A stretch of DNA of 62,858 nt, the filler included, from Octopus bimaculoides (lineage: Eukaryota): assembly GCF_001194135.2 (NCBI RefSeq). It is 7 parts of 6 records of this genome, joined end to end, with 100 filler letters (N's around TTAATTAATTAA, not from the genome) between each part and the next. Parts side by side here need not be neighbours in the genome. Positions count along the whole stretch, not along the records: positions 19,599 to 37,254 come from NC_068989.1; positions 37,355 to 41,176 come from NC_069004.1; 5 more parts are not named here. One strand, 5' to 3'. The translations under genes and the position numbers were made by a program. Under the pieces are notes generated by a model. It had not been told where the DNA came from. It searched no databases and worked only from the letters and a program-made list of their open reading frames with translations. This document shows, in pieces, positions 25,224 through 39,280 of the stretch. Positions within the stretch are counted from its first letter, which is position 1. Each line of letters begins with the position of its first letter.

Positions 25224-26402
25224 TGGAGGTTATAGTAATGGCTGTAATGTAATGGTATACTCGGTTTGTTGTGCTGTTATGTGTTGGGATCTATGATGGC
25301 GTGTGAAGGGAAAAGTGTGGTGGTTTAGAAGATCTCGGTTGGATTCGGTATTTGGTATTTGGTAGGGATTGGGATAAGCTTGAAGTTTTGTAGTTTAAAC
25401 AGTTTTCTGTGTGTATGAATCTGTGTGTGTGAATAATGACAATATCTATCATATACACCGATATTTATATACTTTCACTTATGCATATATAATAAAGACC
25501 AGTGTCTGAAGATTGTCGAATATAATTATAATGAAGCAGCATTATTCAGTTTACACAAGATATTACTCATCACAATTTATGCTTTCTCGTTCTCACGAGA
25601 AACATGTAATCACATACGAATTTGTTGATGTGACAAATAAAAATATTTGATTGATTAAATCCCTTTGTATTTCTGCGACTAATAATAATCCAGCTTGGCT
25701 TTATTTGTGAGTTTGTGAGTACCTGAATTTAGTATTGAGTGGTAAATGTGAACTAGACCTGATGATGAATATGCTTACTTTATCATTCATAATCTTCAAA
25801 AATATTTTATAACAATATGCAAATAATACTAAAAATGTTCTTCATATATGTGTCAATTTTTAGAACGAAAGAGAACAATAGATCAACTTTCAGGTTTCAA
25901 ACTATGCATTTATTGTTTGTAGAGTGACCGCTTTAATAATTATGCTATGGTGTACCTGCCAAGGTATTCCTTCAAAATTAGGCACAATAGATATGTGATA
26001 ACTAAGAGATGAATCTGTATGTATGTATGTATGTATGTATGTATGTATGTATGTATGTATGTATGAATGAATGAATGAATGATGTATGTATGTACGTATG
26101 TGTGTGCGTCACCATTCGCAACCTTTCCAGTGACTATCTTTCCCAATTCGCTACGGAGACTGCTTTTGCTTGTCAAGTTCATAAAGTCACTAAAATGGAG
26201 TTCAGCTGGAAGTATCAACCAGACAAGTGACAACTGAACGGAAAAGCTGACTGAATAAATTCCGAGTGATCGTAAAAGGATAAGATGAAATGAGACAAAT
26301 AGACAGGGCTCTTTGGAGGATGACAATTTGGCACGGCTGACAGGACATTCAACCTGGTGTGACAATAGTATGTTCTGGTGGTGGAGGTCAACACACATAC
26401 GC

Positions 26403-26718
26403 ATTGGCACTCCGGCAGTTAGACGAGGGTTCTAGTTGATCCGATCAATAAAAAAACCTGCTCATGAAATTAACGTGCATGTGGCTGAGTGCTCCACAGT
26501 TACACGTACCCTTATCGTAGTTCTCAGGGAGATTCAGCGTGAAACAGATTGTGACAAAGCTGAGCTTTTAAAATACAGCTACTACTCATTTTTGCCAGTT
26601 GAGTGGACTGGAGCAACGTGAAATAAAGTGTCTTGCTCAAGGACACAATACGTCGCCGGGAATCGAACTCATGACCTTAAAATCTTGAGTTGAATACCCT
26701 AACCACTAAATCATGCTC
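26403..26718 (-). mobile_element. tRNA-derived SINE, local family B (C-type front, A-type 3' half)
   Basis: GAGTTCGATTCCC B box, GAGCAAGACACTTTATTTCACG, then ...CACGTTAATTTCATGAGCAGG...GAACCCTCGTC tail. Confidence 0.85.
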
Positions 26719-26965
26719 CCACATATGTACACATGCTGAAATATACCCGTACAGATGGTTATATTTATACATACATACATACATACGTACATATTTCGTT
26801 TTTGTCTTGCTATTACATGTTTTATTATGAACTCCCTGAAGAGAAATAAATGAGGAACCCCAACAGCTCTTTCTTCTTTGTGAAAGACTATCATTTATTT
26901 CGAAACATATATGTAGGAATTAAAGGAACTTTCATCGACATGCGTTTTGCTCCATTTATCATTAT

Positions 26966-27015
<50 letters not shown>

Positions 27016-27144
27016 ATAAACACAGAGAACAGAGAGAAAGAGAACAAGATAAGCATGAAGATGTCTGGTCTGATATCAAATACATCAGCAACACTAAATC
27101 AAATCCACTAACAAGGCTTTGATCGATCTGGGGTTATATTATGT

Positions 27145-27235
27145 GACACTTACCCAAGGTGGCATACAGTGGGACTAAACCTGGAACCATGTGACCGTGA
27201 AGTAAACTTCTTACCACACAGCTATACCAGCACCT
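27145..27235 (-). mobile_element. Family D SINE head
   Basis: Reverse complement of GCTGTGTGGTAAGAAG...GGTTTAGTCCCACTG. Confidence 0.7.
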
Positions 27236-28302
27236 GTTAACTGCGCCTGTGTAAGCATGTGTGTATGTGTATGTTTATGTATGTATGTATGTATGTATCA
27301 CTGAATTCTTTCTGTATATAAAGGTTATATCTATTTTGCATGTACACTGTTTATTGGTCTGGGCCATTGGATACTCAATGGTATTTTATGAAGTATGGGT
27401 AAGATGCTATGTTGTACGAAACTGGTATTTCAAGTTGGAAGGTTGTGTTTGTGCATGCATGCGTGTACATATATGAGAGGAGTGAGTGCATGTATTAGGT
27501 TATAAACAGATATGTACACACACATACACGCACACACACACACACACATACACACAAAGACACACACACAAATACACATACACACAAACACACACAAACA
27601 CACTCTCACACACATATATATGTAAATAACTATGTGTGTATATATATAAATCTTTACATACACATACACACCTATATACATTGATATACATATAAAAGCT
27701 CATATCATATATACATATATATATATATGTGCATGTTTATATATAATGTATATATATGTATGTGTCTTTATATATATATATATAGATATACACACACATA
27801 TATACATGTTTATGCATATGCAAGTGTGTGGATTGGTGCATATGTCTTTGTTTCTGTGCACATGAATGTATGCACCCCCCACACACATGTACATATGTAT
27901 ATATATATATGTGTATATACTGTAACCTAGTGCACCTAGTGCACCTATTGGTGTAAATATGAAATTATAATCTGAGTATAGAAGATAATATTTCAAAGCA
28001 GTTGTTCATAATTAATTGCTTTTCCTTTGGTTTTCAAAGAGATTTTCATATCAACAGTGCAGCTGATTACTATGATGGTACAAATATGACATGACATACT
28101 TTTTCTTGTCTGACTGTCTGCCCGTCTGTCTGACTGATTGTTTGTATGCATGTGTCGATGTACGATGACCCTTTTTACAGTTTCTGCCAACTCAATGCCA
28201 CAAAGCATTAGTTCAAGTGTAGCTTTGCTAGAAGTCACTTGCTAACTCTGACACTCAATAGGAACAAACCTGAAAAATATGTGGCTGCAAAGTAAACCAC
28301 TG

Positions 28303-28656
28303 AAAGGGTAAATGTCCCCTTCAGTCATGAATGACCATGGGATTGCACCTAGAAAATTCCCCCTCTGAGGTACAAGTCCAGGCAAACTTGTTTATCAAAG
28401 ACCAGCAGTTGCCCATGCATACTAGTTCCTCACCACTCTACACTGTCCATGCCACTGATGTTATCCAAGAAAAAGGGAAAGACTGATACAGCTTGGCACC
28501 AGTGACACCGTAACCCATTTCTACCGCTGAGTGAACTGGAGCAATATGAAATAAAGTGTCTTGCTCAAGAACACAAAACACAGCCTGGTCTGGAAATATA
28601 ACTCACTACCTCATGATTGTGAGCCCTGTGCTCTTACCTCTGAGCCATGAGCCTTC
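28303..28656 (-). mobile_element. Full-length family C SINE
   Basis: Reverse complement matches 14918-15255. Confidence 0.85.
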
Positions 28657-28838
28657 ACCAAACCAAACAGTAATAACATACCTACACATGTATTTGTTCA
28701 TGTGTATGTGTGAATGTGTGTGTGTAGGTTTATGGATTTGTCTGCATGATGATTGTATGTATATGTATACATACAATCATCATGCAGACAAATCCATAAA
28801 TACATATTATACACACAGACACACACATATATCATAAA

Positions 28839-29055
28839 TGAGAGTGTACTGAAAAGTCTCTGGCATTAAGGATATCGCAAAAGGCCCAGTTGGGGGCCCA
28901 ACCTTCCAAGTTCTTTTACAGGACTTAAAAAAACTGAAGGACCACTGCAATAAGTATGTGAATCTGAGAAGGGAATATGCTGAATAAAATCATAATTAAG
29001 TAATCCACCCCTATTTTCTTTTGCCCAAAGCCAGGAACTTTTCAGCACCCACTCA
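28839..29055 (+). mobile_element. Mariner-derived MITE retaining the last transposase codons
   Basis: Imperfect TIRs TGAGAGTGTACTGAAAAGTCTCTGGC and GCCAGGAACTTTTCAGCACCCACTCA followed by TA; internal KDHCNKYVNLRREYAE* resembles the mariner C-terminal RWxKCVxxxGxYVE*. Confidence 0.65.
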
Positions 29056-29249
29056 TACACCTCCAGTGCCCTCTGTAAAGTAGTTTCTGTTAGGAAGGAC
29101 ATGTAGCTGTAGAAACTATGCTACAGATGATATTAGAACACAACACAGTCATGCAGCTCACCAGTTGCCCATGAAAGCATCCAATCCATAACACCATGGA
29201 AGACAGATGTTAAATGGCAATGATGGTGATGATATATATATATGTAAAG

Positions 29250-29565
29250 GAGCATTCCATTGGTTACGACGACGAGGGCCCCAGCTGATACAATCAAGGG
29301 AACAGCCTGCTCGTAAAATTGACGTGCAAGTGACTGAGCACTCCACAAACATGTGTACCCTTAACATAGTTCTCGGGGATATTCAGCGTGACACAGAGTG
29401 TGACAAGGCCGGCCCTTTGAAATACAGGTACTACACATTTTCGCCAGCTGAGTGGACTGGAGCAATGTGAAATGAAGTGTCTTGCTCAAGGACACAATGC
29501 GTCACTGGGAATTGAACTCAGGACCTTACAATCGTGAGCCGAATGCCCTAACCACTAAGCCACGC
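29250..29565 (-). mobile_element. Family B SINE
   Basis: Homologous to 26403-26718. Confidence 0.85.
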
Positions 29566-30859
29566 ACACATATTCACACACACATAGGCATATTCACACA
29601 CACACTCACTCACATATTTATTTGAGTGTATGAATATATGTATATATGTATTTATAAATATTATACATACTGACATATATATACTTTTTCACTCACTTCT
29701 CTCATGTATATATTGGTATGTGTTATATATAAAGATACATATATAGAGAATATACAAGGAGTTTTTGTCTCAACACACATACACACACACACGTGCACAC
29801 ACACATCTATAAATAAAATACACAGCAATATATACACTATGTTACTTACTCCCTTCGTTCATGAACACGCATGCATGCACTTACAGAGCCTTTTAACTTG
29901 AAATACTTGTTTTTCACAAAACTGACACCACACTCATCACTCATAAAATAGCGTCAAAGAACCTAGCGATTTATTAGCAAGATTGATATATTTATTCTCT
30001 ATGTACATATAAGGAAGCACACTGAAAGCCACCCTGATGTTAAATATTGAAAAAAGCCTAATTTATGCATATATGGCTGCAGCAAGTCAATTTTTCTACA
30101 TGATTATTTTTTCTGTATTATTTATTTATACAGAAAAAATATATTTATATATATATTTTTTTATCTATTTTAAACATAGGACTCGAAAATTGCTGACATT
30201 AGAGAAGCAACGCGTGCTTTTGACAGCCTAGATGTAAGTATCAATGTTAAATAAAATTCAAAAAATTTTCATTTCATTTATTTAAAATTAAAAGAAATTG
30301 TTATGGATTTTGTCATCTAAATAGATACAAAAATGTAAAAAATTTTACAATTTACTATCAATTTCACTAAACACTGGAATGTAATTTTTACATGTCAATG
30401 TAAATTCCAATGAGTTTTCAATGATGACACGTAGCTGCCAATGGGTTAGGCTGTTGAATTCAGTGTCATAAGCTATAGATTTCAGTTTGTGTTGCTCTAC
30501 TTTGGTCAGCTGAGAAGGAGTGCTTCTGCAAAGTGGTACTTAGCATTATTAAACTCAAATCTTTCAAATGTAAGATATAAACAGCCCTTAATTATATGAT
30601 TTCAATTGTAGTCTGGCTGATTTTCACAGATTTTACTCTGAGGAATATAATTTCTGAGTTTACGTCATTGGAATATGACTATCCTAAATCTGTTTTCTTT
30701 TTTTTATATTTGTCTTTGAATGTAAGATTAAAAACATATTGTTGGATACATGGTCATAAGCTAATGGATTGGATAAGATGACATATTCCAGTCTGCATCA
30801 CTTTACTCCACTTAGCTGAGTAGGAGTGCTTCTGCAGAGCGATACTTGGCAGATTCATC

Positions 30860-31125
30860 ATCATTATCACCATCATGATCATCATCATTTAGCATCTGCT
30901 TGCCATGCGGGTATGGGTTAGACGGTTTGACTACAACTGGTATGCTGGAGAGTTGTACCAGATTTTAGTTTAATTTGGTATGGTTTCTATGGTTGGATGC
31001 CCTTCCTAACACCAACAATTCCAAGAGTGTAGTGCCTTTTATGTGTCACTGGCATGGGTCCCGTCTATGTGTCACTAGCATGGGTCCCGTCTATGTGTCA
31101 CTAGCATAGGTGCCTTTTACATGTC
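30860..31125 (-). mobile_element. RTE-type 3' tail, family F, with (GAT)n end and a 26-bp internal tandem repeat (31040-31108)
   Basis: GGTTTCTATGGTTGGATGCCCTTCCTAACACCAAC; (CAT)n terminus. Confidence 0.65.
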
Positions 31126-31307
31126 AAAATCTTGCAAATTTAAGATTAGCCATTGGAATTTGGCCAAGCTGAGCCCGTCTCTTTGGCTATCTTTGAATGT
31201 ATATGTCAAAAATACTAACTTCAGTATTTGATTGGTACTTATTTTATCAGCCTCAGATAAGTAAATACAATTATGTTCCAGGGTAGGATTTGAATTCGGA
31301 AGGATAG

Positions 31308-31740
31308 ACACAGATGTGGCTGAGTGGTTCAGAAGCTTGTTTCCAGAATCACATGGTTTCAGCTTCAGTACAATTGCATGGAAGCCTGAGCAAGTGTCTC
31401 AACTTGAAAAAGTGTCGGGCTGTGCAAAGCCTTGTGAGCAGAGTTGTTAGATCAAAACTAAAAGAAACTGTTGTATATATATGCATGTGCGTGCACATGC
31501 ATGCGTGCGTGTGTTTGTACCCTTGTCTAGATAGCATGTGATTGTTGTAAACAAGCATCACTGTTATACATGTGATGCTGTTTGTTTCCAGTCTTCTGTG
31601 GAAAACATGTCTGGCTATGGGGAAATAATACCTAGCTTAGAAACAAGTGAGGGTTGGTGACTGGAAAAACATCCAAATGTAGAAAGTCTGTTTCGAAAGA
31701 TTTCATCTGATCCATGCAAGCGTGGAAATGTAGACATTAA
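31308..31740 (+). mobile_element. Family D-related SINE with RTE-type tail
   Basis: TGGCTGAGTGGTT head, internal (TG)-like tract, GAGGGTTGGTGACTGGAAAAACATCC tail. Confidence 0.65.
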
Positions 31741-33456
31741 AAGGCTGTTGACAATGAATGCTAATGGATATAACTAGATATCACAAGTGATTTCTTTTTT
31801 TTATCCACTTCAAATTCTGCCAGTATTCTGCCAAATATTTAATTTTGATTTTTTAAAACTCAGTATGGTCTATGCAATACAAACATTCAGCACAAAAAGG
31901 TCTTTGTCAGACTGGCAGAGAAGCACGAATTCAAATATGTTTGATGTACAGGAATAACTAGTTGTAGGGTTTGCTATAAAACATTTCCCACTGACTGATC
32001 AAATAGCTCACTAGATGTAATTAATGGACTGTGTTATATATAGGCTACTTATTCAGTATGTAGAATAATTGCAGTAAAACCACAGGAAGGGTTGGGTGTT
32101 CAGGGAACTTTCACCACTATTGACGTCAAAGTTTTGCTTTTTTATTCTTCTATTATAGACATATTTACTTGACCTGCTACTTACAGCAGTAAAATCTCCC
32201 TCAAATTACACATTTAAGAAAGGAAGGATACATTACATAATGTAGTTCTAAATTTATTATATCTGAAAAAGTAAAGTCTGGTTGATCATCGCTAAAAGGG
32301 TATTGATTACATGTTTCATCCATTAGGACTGATTTGGGGTGAATCAGAGACAAAAGGCATTGTATTTTTTGGCAATCATTTGAAGAATACTTTAGATGGG
32401 TAATGATATTTGATAATTTCAAAATTAATTGAAATGCATATACTGTGTACACCATAGGGGGAGCCTCTATATGGTTACAGAACATACTGCAGAAAAATCT
32501 ACCAAATTACCCTCAAATAATATTCTAACATTTTAAAAAGGAAAGACAGAATTTGGATTATAGCCTGTTGCCTTGTCTAAAATAAAGATAAAATGGTCAT
32601 AATTGGATGCTTTGGTCATAGATCTTCTCAGTTTGAGCTGAATCACAACAGGGTTTTAACCTTGTGGATACCAGCTCACTGGAGGCTATTTCTGGTTTTA
32701 TCACATAAGTATCAATGTTAATGAATTTATTTAAAGTAAAATATACCACCATGAACTTATGTACCAAACACTGGGTTAAGAATTAATTAAAGGCTTATTA
32801 ATTTAGTAAGTCACTGAAAGTTTTTCATTATACCCTCAAATTAACTGAAACTTGCAAATAATGAACTTCAATATAGAGAATATTCTTCTCAATAGACCTG
32901 AAATCTGAACTATTTAGGAGCTTCAAATTTCATTAATGGTACATACACAAAACTTCTCATGAAATCTCAAAGTACCTCATGATATGAAAATAAGACCAAA
33001 GAGGAGATTTCTGGATATATTTCACCCATCTTTTCTATTAGTGCTCAATGTGGGGTAGACTTTGCTAGCTACAGCTATCATGCAGAACAACAAGACTTGA
33101 AGATTTATGCACCCTAAAAGAGGAAGAAACCCACTTGGTTATATTGATGTTAAAGGCGATAGATCATACCACGAAACTGAGGGGCTGCAAAGCTCATGTG
33201 GGGTGGAGAATACTGGTACAACAGTGTTTGTGACCACTTCAAGGTGATATGGAGCAACAAAAATACTGATAGCCTTTCAAACGAAAATAATAAATGTTTA
33301 AACTTGACTTGGCAATGTTCAAAAATATTTGGTTGATATATATAGGGCTTTTGCTGTTACATTACCTATCAATGATACCTCTTTTTACAGCTAGTTTCAT
33401 TCTAACAAGGACATATAAGGCCTTGGATACAAATACAACGCAGTCACATTCATTAA

Positions 33457-33676
33457 CCATTTTAGCATTTAAACTGGCTATATCTGGCCCAAATATTCTC
33501 CTATGTTATGTTAAAACCAGCCAGATGTGGCCTTTCACACCTACTCTACAATGTCATTCTAAAAATATTTAATCTTATCATCAAAATCACAAGACTATTA
33601 GTTAATGCATGACTAATTCAAAGCAATATGAATAAATAAGCATTTCCACTGACAGCGTACTCTGAATACTAGAGAG
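33457..33676. mobile_element. Possible piggyBac-like MITE
   Basis: TTAA at 33453-33456 and 33677-33680; only weakly complementary ends. Confidence 0.4.
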
Positions 33677-33964
33677 TTAAATATGAATTGTTAGTGCTTG
33701 AGACTTGCACATTGTTAAGACAGATAGCTTAATAGATATACACACAGCACATAATTGTGGGGGGTTATGGAAATGGCTTGTTTGATTCAGAGATAAATTT
33801 GCATCAAAATTAATGCTGCTGCAGTTGCTGCTGGCCACAAATTTTCAAATGAGAAAATCCCAGACAACTGAATTAGGTCCAGTAATTTGAACTTAGAACA
33901 TTGATACTACAAATAATGATGATGATGATAATGATATTATTATTATTATTATTAATAATAATAT

Positions 33965-34186
33965 TGGTTTAAAATTTTGCTATGAGGGCAGCCCTTTTGG
34001 GGGGAGAGGATGAGTCGATTACTTCACCTCAGTGTTTCACTGGTACTTAATTCATCAACCCCGTAAGGATGAAAAGTAAAGTCGACCTCTGTTGAATTTG
34101 AACTCAGAACGTAAAAACAAACAAAATGCTGCTAAGTGGTTTGCCTGGTGCAGTAACCATTCTGCCAGCTCACCATAATAATAATG

Positions 34187-34217
<31 letters not shown>

Positions 34218-34439
34218 TAATGATGATTTCAAATTTTGGCACAAGGTCAGCAATTTTGGGGGAGGGGTAAGTCAATTACATTGACCCCATTGTTCAATTG
34301 GTACTTTATTTCATCGACCCCAAAAGGATGAAAGACAAAATTGACTCTGATGGCATTTCAAATCAGAATGTAAAGTCGGAAGAAATACCGCCAAGCATTC
34401 TTCCCGACATAAAAAGAATTCTGCCAGCTTGCTGCCTTA

Positions 34440-34440
<1 letters not shown>
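33965..34440 (-). mobile_element. Two family E SINEs separated by (AAT)n
   Basis: GTCGACCTC...GAATTTGAACTCAGAACG core in both. Confidence 0.85.
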
Positions 34441-34633
<193 letters not shown>

Positions 34634-34954
34634 NNNNNNNNNNNNNNNNNNNNNNNNNNNNNNNNNNNNNNNNNNNNNNNNNNNNNNNNNNNNNNNNNNN
34701 NNNNNNNNNNNNNNNNNNNNNNNNNNNNNNNNNNNNNNNNNNNNNNNNNNNNNNNNNNNNNNNNNNNNNNNNNNNNNNNNNNNNNNNNNNNNNNNNNNNN
34801 NNNNNNNNNNNNNNNNNNNNNNNNNNNNNNNNNNNNNNNNNNNNNNNNNNNNNNNNNNNNNNNNNNNNNNNNNNNNNNNNNNNNNNNNNNNNNNNNNNNN
34901 NNNNNNNNNNNNNNNNNNNNNNNNNNNNNNNNNNNNNNNNNNNNNNNAATAATT

Positions 34955-35440
34955 TTGTTTTGTCTTGGTATAAAAAGATGGGCTACAGCAAATATTCTGC
35001 TTAATACCACAGATTTGCTTGTCAGTTGTTTGACCTTAACCAGTTGAGCATGTCCCTTGGTGGCTGACAATATGTGCATCTCTGATCTCAAGTAGAAGTA
35101 GTGGGGGAGCATCATAGCTATGTGTTGAGAGGAATTCTTTGGGGTTTGAATAATTCACCTTTGGAAACATGAGTGTTTTGCTCAACATCCTTAAACATAC
35201 CTTATTCAGGGACCTTTTGAGTGGGATGGGCTACTCGACCTGCAGAAAATTCTAACTCGGCCCCACCTGTAAGGTCATGCGCTGTTTATCTTGATATGAG
35301 ATCACCATGTTGCGTACATGTGGTTGTGACGCATGTGCCTGGTGTACCCTTATCAGATGGGTAGTCATGATGGGTATACTGGACTTCGTATATTTTACCC
35401 CAGTGTCAGTTTGATGGCATGCACTGCTCTCTCACTCAAT
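34955..35440 (+). mobile_element. Family G dispersed repeat (longest copy, ending in (AAT)n)
   Basis: Homologous to 2937-3250 and 45050-45255; simple-repeat tail suggests a retroposon. Confidence 0.8.
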
Positions 35441-35444
35441 AATA

Positions 35445-35497
<53 letters not shown>

Positions 35498-36065
35498 TAC
35501 AATGATAATAATAATCACAATGATAATAATAATAATAACAACAATAGTAACAGCAATAATAATAATGAGAATAATAACATTAAATAAAATATTAGTGGTG
35601 GTGGTGGTAGTAGTTGTAATAGTAGTAAAATATTTCTTTTTACATAGGAAGGAAAACTTAGGATTATTTGTAATGAGATATAGGAAAATGGGGGTGTTAA
35701 TATACTTTTATTTATTTTTTTCTTTTTTCGAAAATCACTAATGATGTAGGTTAAGTGGTTCTAAGAAGAAATATGAACCAGGCCAAAGAATAAGGCTCAG
35801 TAAGAATTTAATACTGCACATGGTTTTTGACCTCTAAAAGCCAATCAACAACAGCAATCATAATTACAATTAGTAACCATAATAATTATAACAATAATAA
35901 TCCACTCTGCTAAAGGCACAAAGCCTGAAATTTTTTTTGTGGGGTGGGGGCGGGGGACAAGTTGATTACATTGGCCTCAGTGTTTCACTGGTACTTAATT
36001 TATCGACCCCCAAAAGATGAAAAACAAACTCGACCTTGGTGGAATTTGAACTCAGAATAATAATA

Positions 36066-36117
<52 letters not shown>

Positions 36118-36196
36118 TAATAATAATAATCATAATAATAACAACAACATCGAAAAATACCTTAGGAATGAGAACCCAAGTTCGAAATTTCCCCAG

Positions 36197-36239
36197 GACA
36201 TCTGATGAAGGCTGGAGGGTATATCAGCTGAAACGTGTT
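36197..36239 (+). ncRNA. Decayed hammerhead-like motif in a Penelope-type repeat
   Basis: GACAT-CTGATGA-A-GGCTG-10nt-CAGCT-GAAAC-GTGTT; no UH cleavage dinucleotide before the stem I 3' strand. Confidence 0.35.
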
Positions 36240-36379
36240 AACAAACGAGATGAGGACGAATATCCATCAAATGTAAATAATGTAAATAATATGAATGATA
36301 TCACCCCTTCCTTTCTCATTCCTATGTTGTGATGGAGAAAAACACATGAGTATTCTTATAGTAGATTTATTAATTTAAG

Positions 36380-36810
36380 GTGATGAGCTGGCAGAGCTGC
36401 TATCACACTGGACAAAATGCTTAGCAAAATTTCTTCCATCTTTATGTTCTGAGTTCAAATTCTGCCATGGTCAACTTTGCCTTTCATGTTTTTGGGGTAG
36501 ATAAAATACGTACCAGTTGAACACTGAGGTCAATGTAACCGACTTAATCCTAACCTGAATCTGCTGGCCTTGTACTGAAATTTGAAACCATTATTCCTTT
36601 CTACTCTAGGCACAAGGCCTGAAACATTTGGGAAGAGGGCCAGTCAATTAGATCGACCCCAGTACACAACTGGTACTTAATTTATCGACCCTGAAAAGAT
36701 GAAAGCAAAGTCGACCTCAGCAGAATTTGAACTCAGAATGTAAAGATAGATGAAATACCTCTAAGCATTTTGCTCGGCGTGCTAACATTTCTACCAGCTT
36801 GCCACCTTAA
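36380..36810. mobile_element. Inverted tail-to-tail pair of full-length family E SINEs
   Basis: Plus copy about 36380-36590, minus copy about 36595-36810. Confidence 0.85.
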
Positions 36811-37354
36811 TTTGAAATAAATATTACAATTACGCTGTAGAAATTGACACAAGATTTCATATTCCTTTATAGAAACCATTTCCTGAAATAATCTGTGTAA
36901 ATACCAGATTTGCAAAAGCGTATAAGTATATATGTTAACCAGCGCTCATGAGCAAGCATGCTTTAGTAGCATGTACCATGTGATCCAATTGTTTTATCTG
37001 CTTATGTTGTCTTGAGCAGACACAAACACATTCTTGTCCATCTAACCCTTCATTCAAGAGGACATCCAGAATGTGATAGCTGGAGAAAGAAAGAGCTGTA
37101 TCAACACATTCTTGGTACTTATACCTTACAGCTGAGTAGTATGAAGTAATGTAAAATGATGTGCCTTGCTCAAGAATACAATGTGCTGCTTCATCAAGGA
37201 ATTGAATGCACAATATACGTACGTATAGATATATATTTATATATATATATATATNNNNNNNNNNNNNNNNNNNNNNNNNNNNNNNNNNNNNNNNNNNNTT
37301 AATTAATTAANNNNNNNNNNNNNNNNNNNNNNNNNNNNNNNNNNNNNNNNNNNN

Positions 37355-37388
<34 letters not shown>

Positions 37389-37783
37389 TCACGTACATAA
37401 ATGTATAAACATACACATACATACACGCACACACACACGCACGCACACACGCACACACGTATACATACACGCAAACATATTTATCTATATAAACATGGAC
37501 ACATGAACGTACACAGAGATATAAGCACAAACAGACAACATTCTTTTCTACTCTAGACACCAGGCCCGAAATTTGGAGGGCAGGAACCAGTCGATTAGAG
37601 ATCAACCCTAGTACGCAACTGGTACTGAATTTATCGACCCCGATGACGAGGAATTGGATAACGGAGTGAGATAAATATGAAAGTAATATAGGAATACAAA
37701 AGATAGATTTAAGGCGAGATCAGAAAATAAAAGCAAGATAAAAAATATACTTATTTCTTTATTGTTTGGTCTTATCTCTTACG

Positions 37784-37839
<56 letters not shown>

Positions 37840-38737
37840 TCTTTGCAAAATCAAGTCACCTAGTGCAAAGATGTATATAAATAAAAACTTTCCGTCATAA
37901 AAGAATTTAATAGCTCTGAAAAAACTAGAATAGTATAATAATGCCGAGCTCAGCACTGCAAGATTCGGAAAAAAACAAAAAGAAATACTCGTTATTTATA
38001 TAGTGCTGCTGCTGTTTACAATGATAAGGTTTACAAAACTAGGTCACTTTATATGGCTATGGTATCTTATACAGCTATGTTACGGCTTATAACCACGATA
38101 CTTTATAGAGCCACCTTACTTTATACAGAGCTATGCTATTTTATTTATCCATAGAACCTTTTTTTAGATTTCACACTTTATATAGCTATGATATCTTAAA
38201 TACAGCCAAAGTATCTTATATTTATAGTACCTTGCATATAGCTTTGGTACCGTTTATAGTTAAGGTATTTTAAATACTGCCAAGACATCTTATATAGCTA
38301 TTTTATCACATATAACATGATGGTTTGGTAACTTATATACGACTATAGTACCTTATGTAGCTGTTACCTCATATAGCCGCAGTACCCTCATGTTGCCTCA
38401 TGTAGCTATGGCATCTTAAATACAACTAGAGTGCCTGTTATAAGGCAGGATGTCTTATATGGCTAAAGTGCTTTATATGGTGCTTTGTATATAGTTATGG
38501 AACTAAACTGTAACAATAACATATGCAGATAGTGTATGGGCCCTGGGCAACAATGCAATGTTCGTAACCAGATCTGAACCTTTAAACACTTGATCGGTTT
38601 CAACACTCCAAGAATGTAACCAACCATAAGTACATAACACCGATGATAAACAATCATTGCTATATAATATTACTATAACTATTATTGTTGTAGTAACAGC
38701 ATCAGCAATAGCAGCAGCAGCGGCGGTGGTGGTGGTG

Positions 38738-38803
<66 letters not shown>

Positions 38804-39170
38804 ATCTTGTCAACATCATTTGCATGAATGCAATGTACTTGCTATCGTCAGTATCATCATCATCATCATCACCATCATCATTGTACTTCATTATCAGAAT
38901 TACCATCACCACTACCCAAACCATCACCACCACCACCTCCAACCTCATCGGCAAAAGTAGTTTTAACAGTAATGGAAAAAGACTCGCATCCTATTAACGT
39001 TAATGACGTTAATGAGAATGTCGAAGAGAGAAGAAAATGGATGAGAGGCGAAGTGCATAGGTAAAAAAAAAAGAGCGAAAGAGAAAGAAAGAAAAAAAAG
39101 AAAGAGACAGAGAGAGGGGGGGGAGAAAGAATATGAGGTAGAAAATCTAAAAATGATACCTATTTAACTT

Positions 39171-39280
<110 letters not shown>

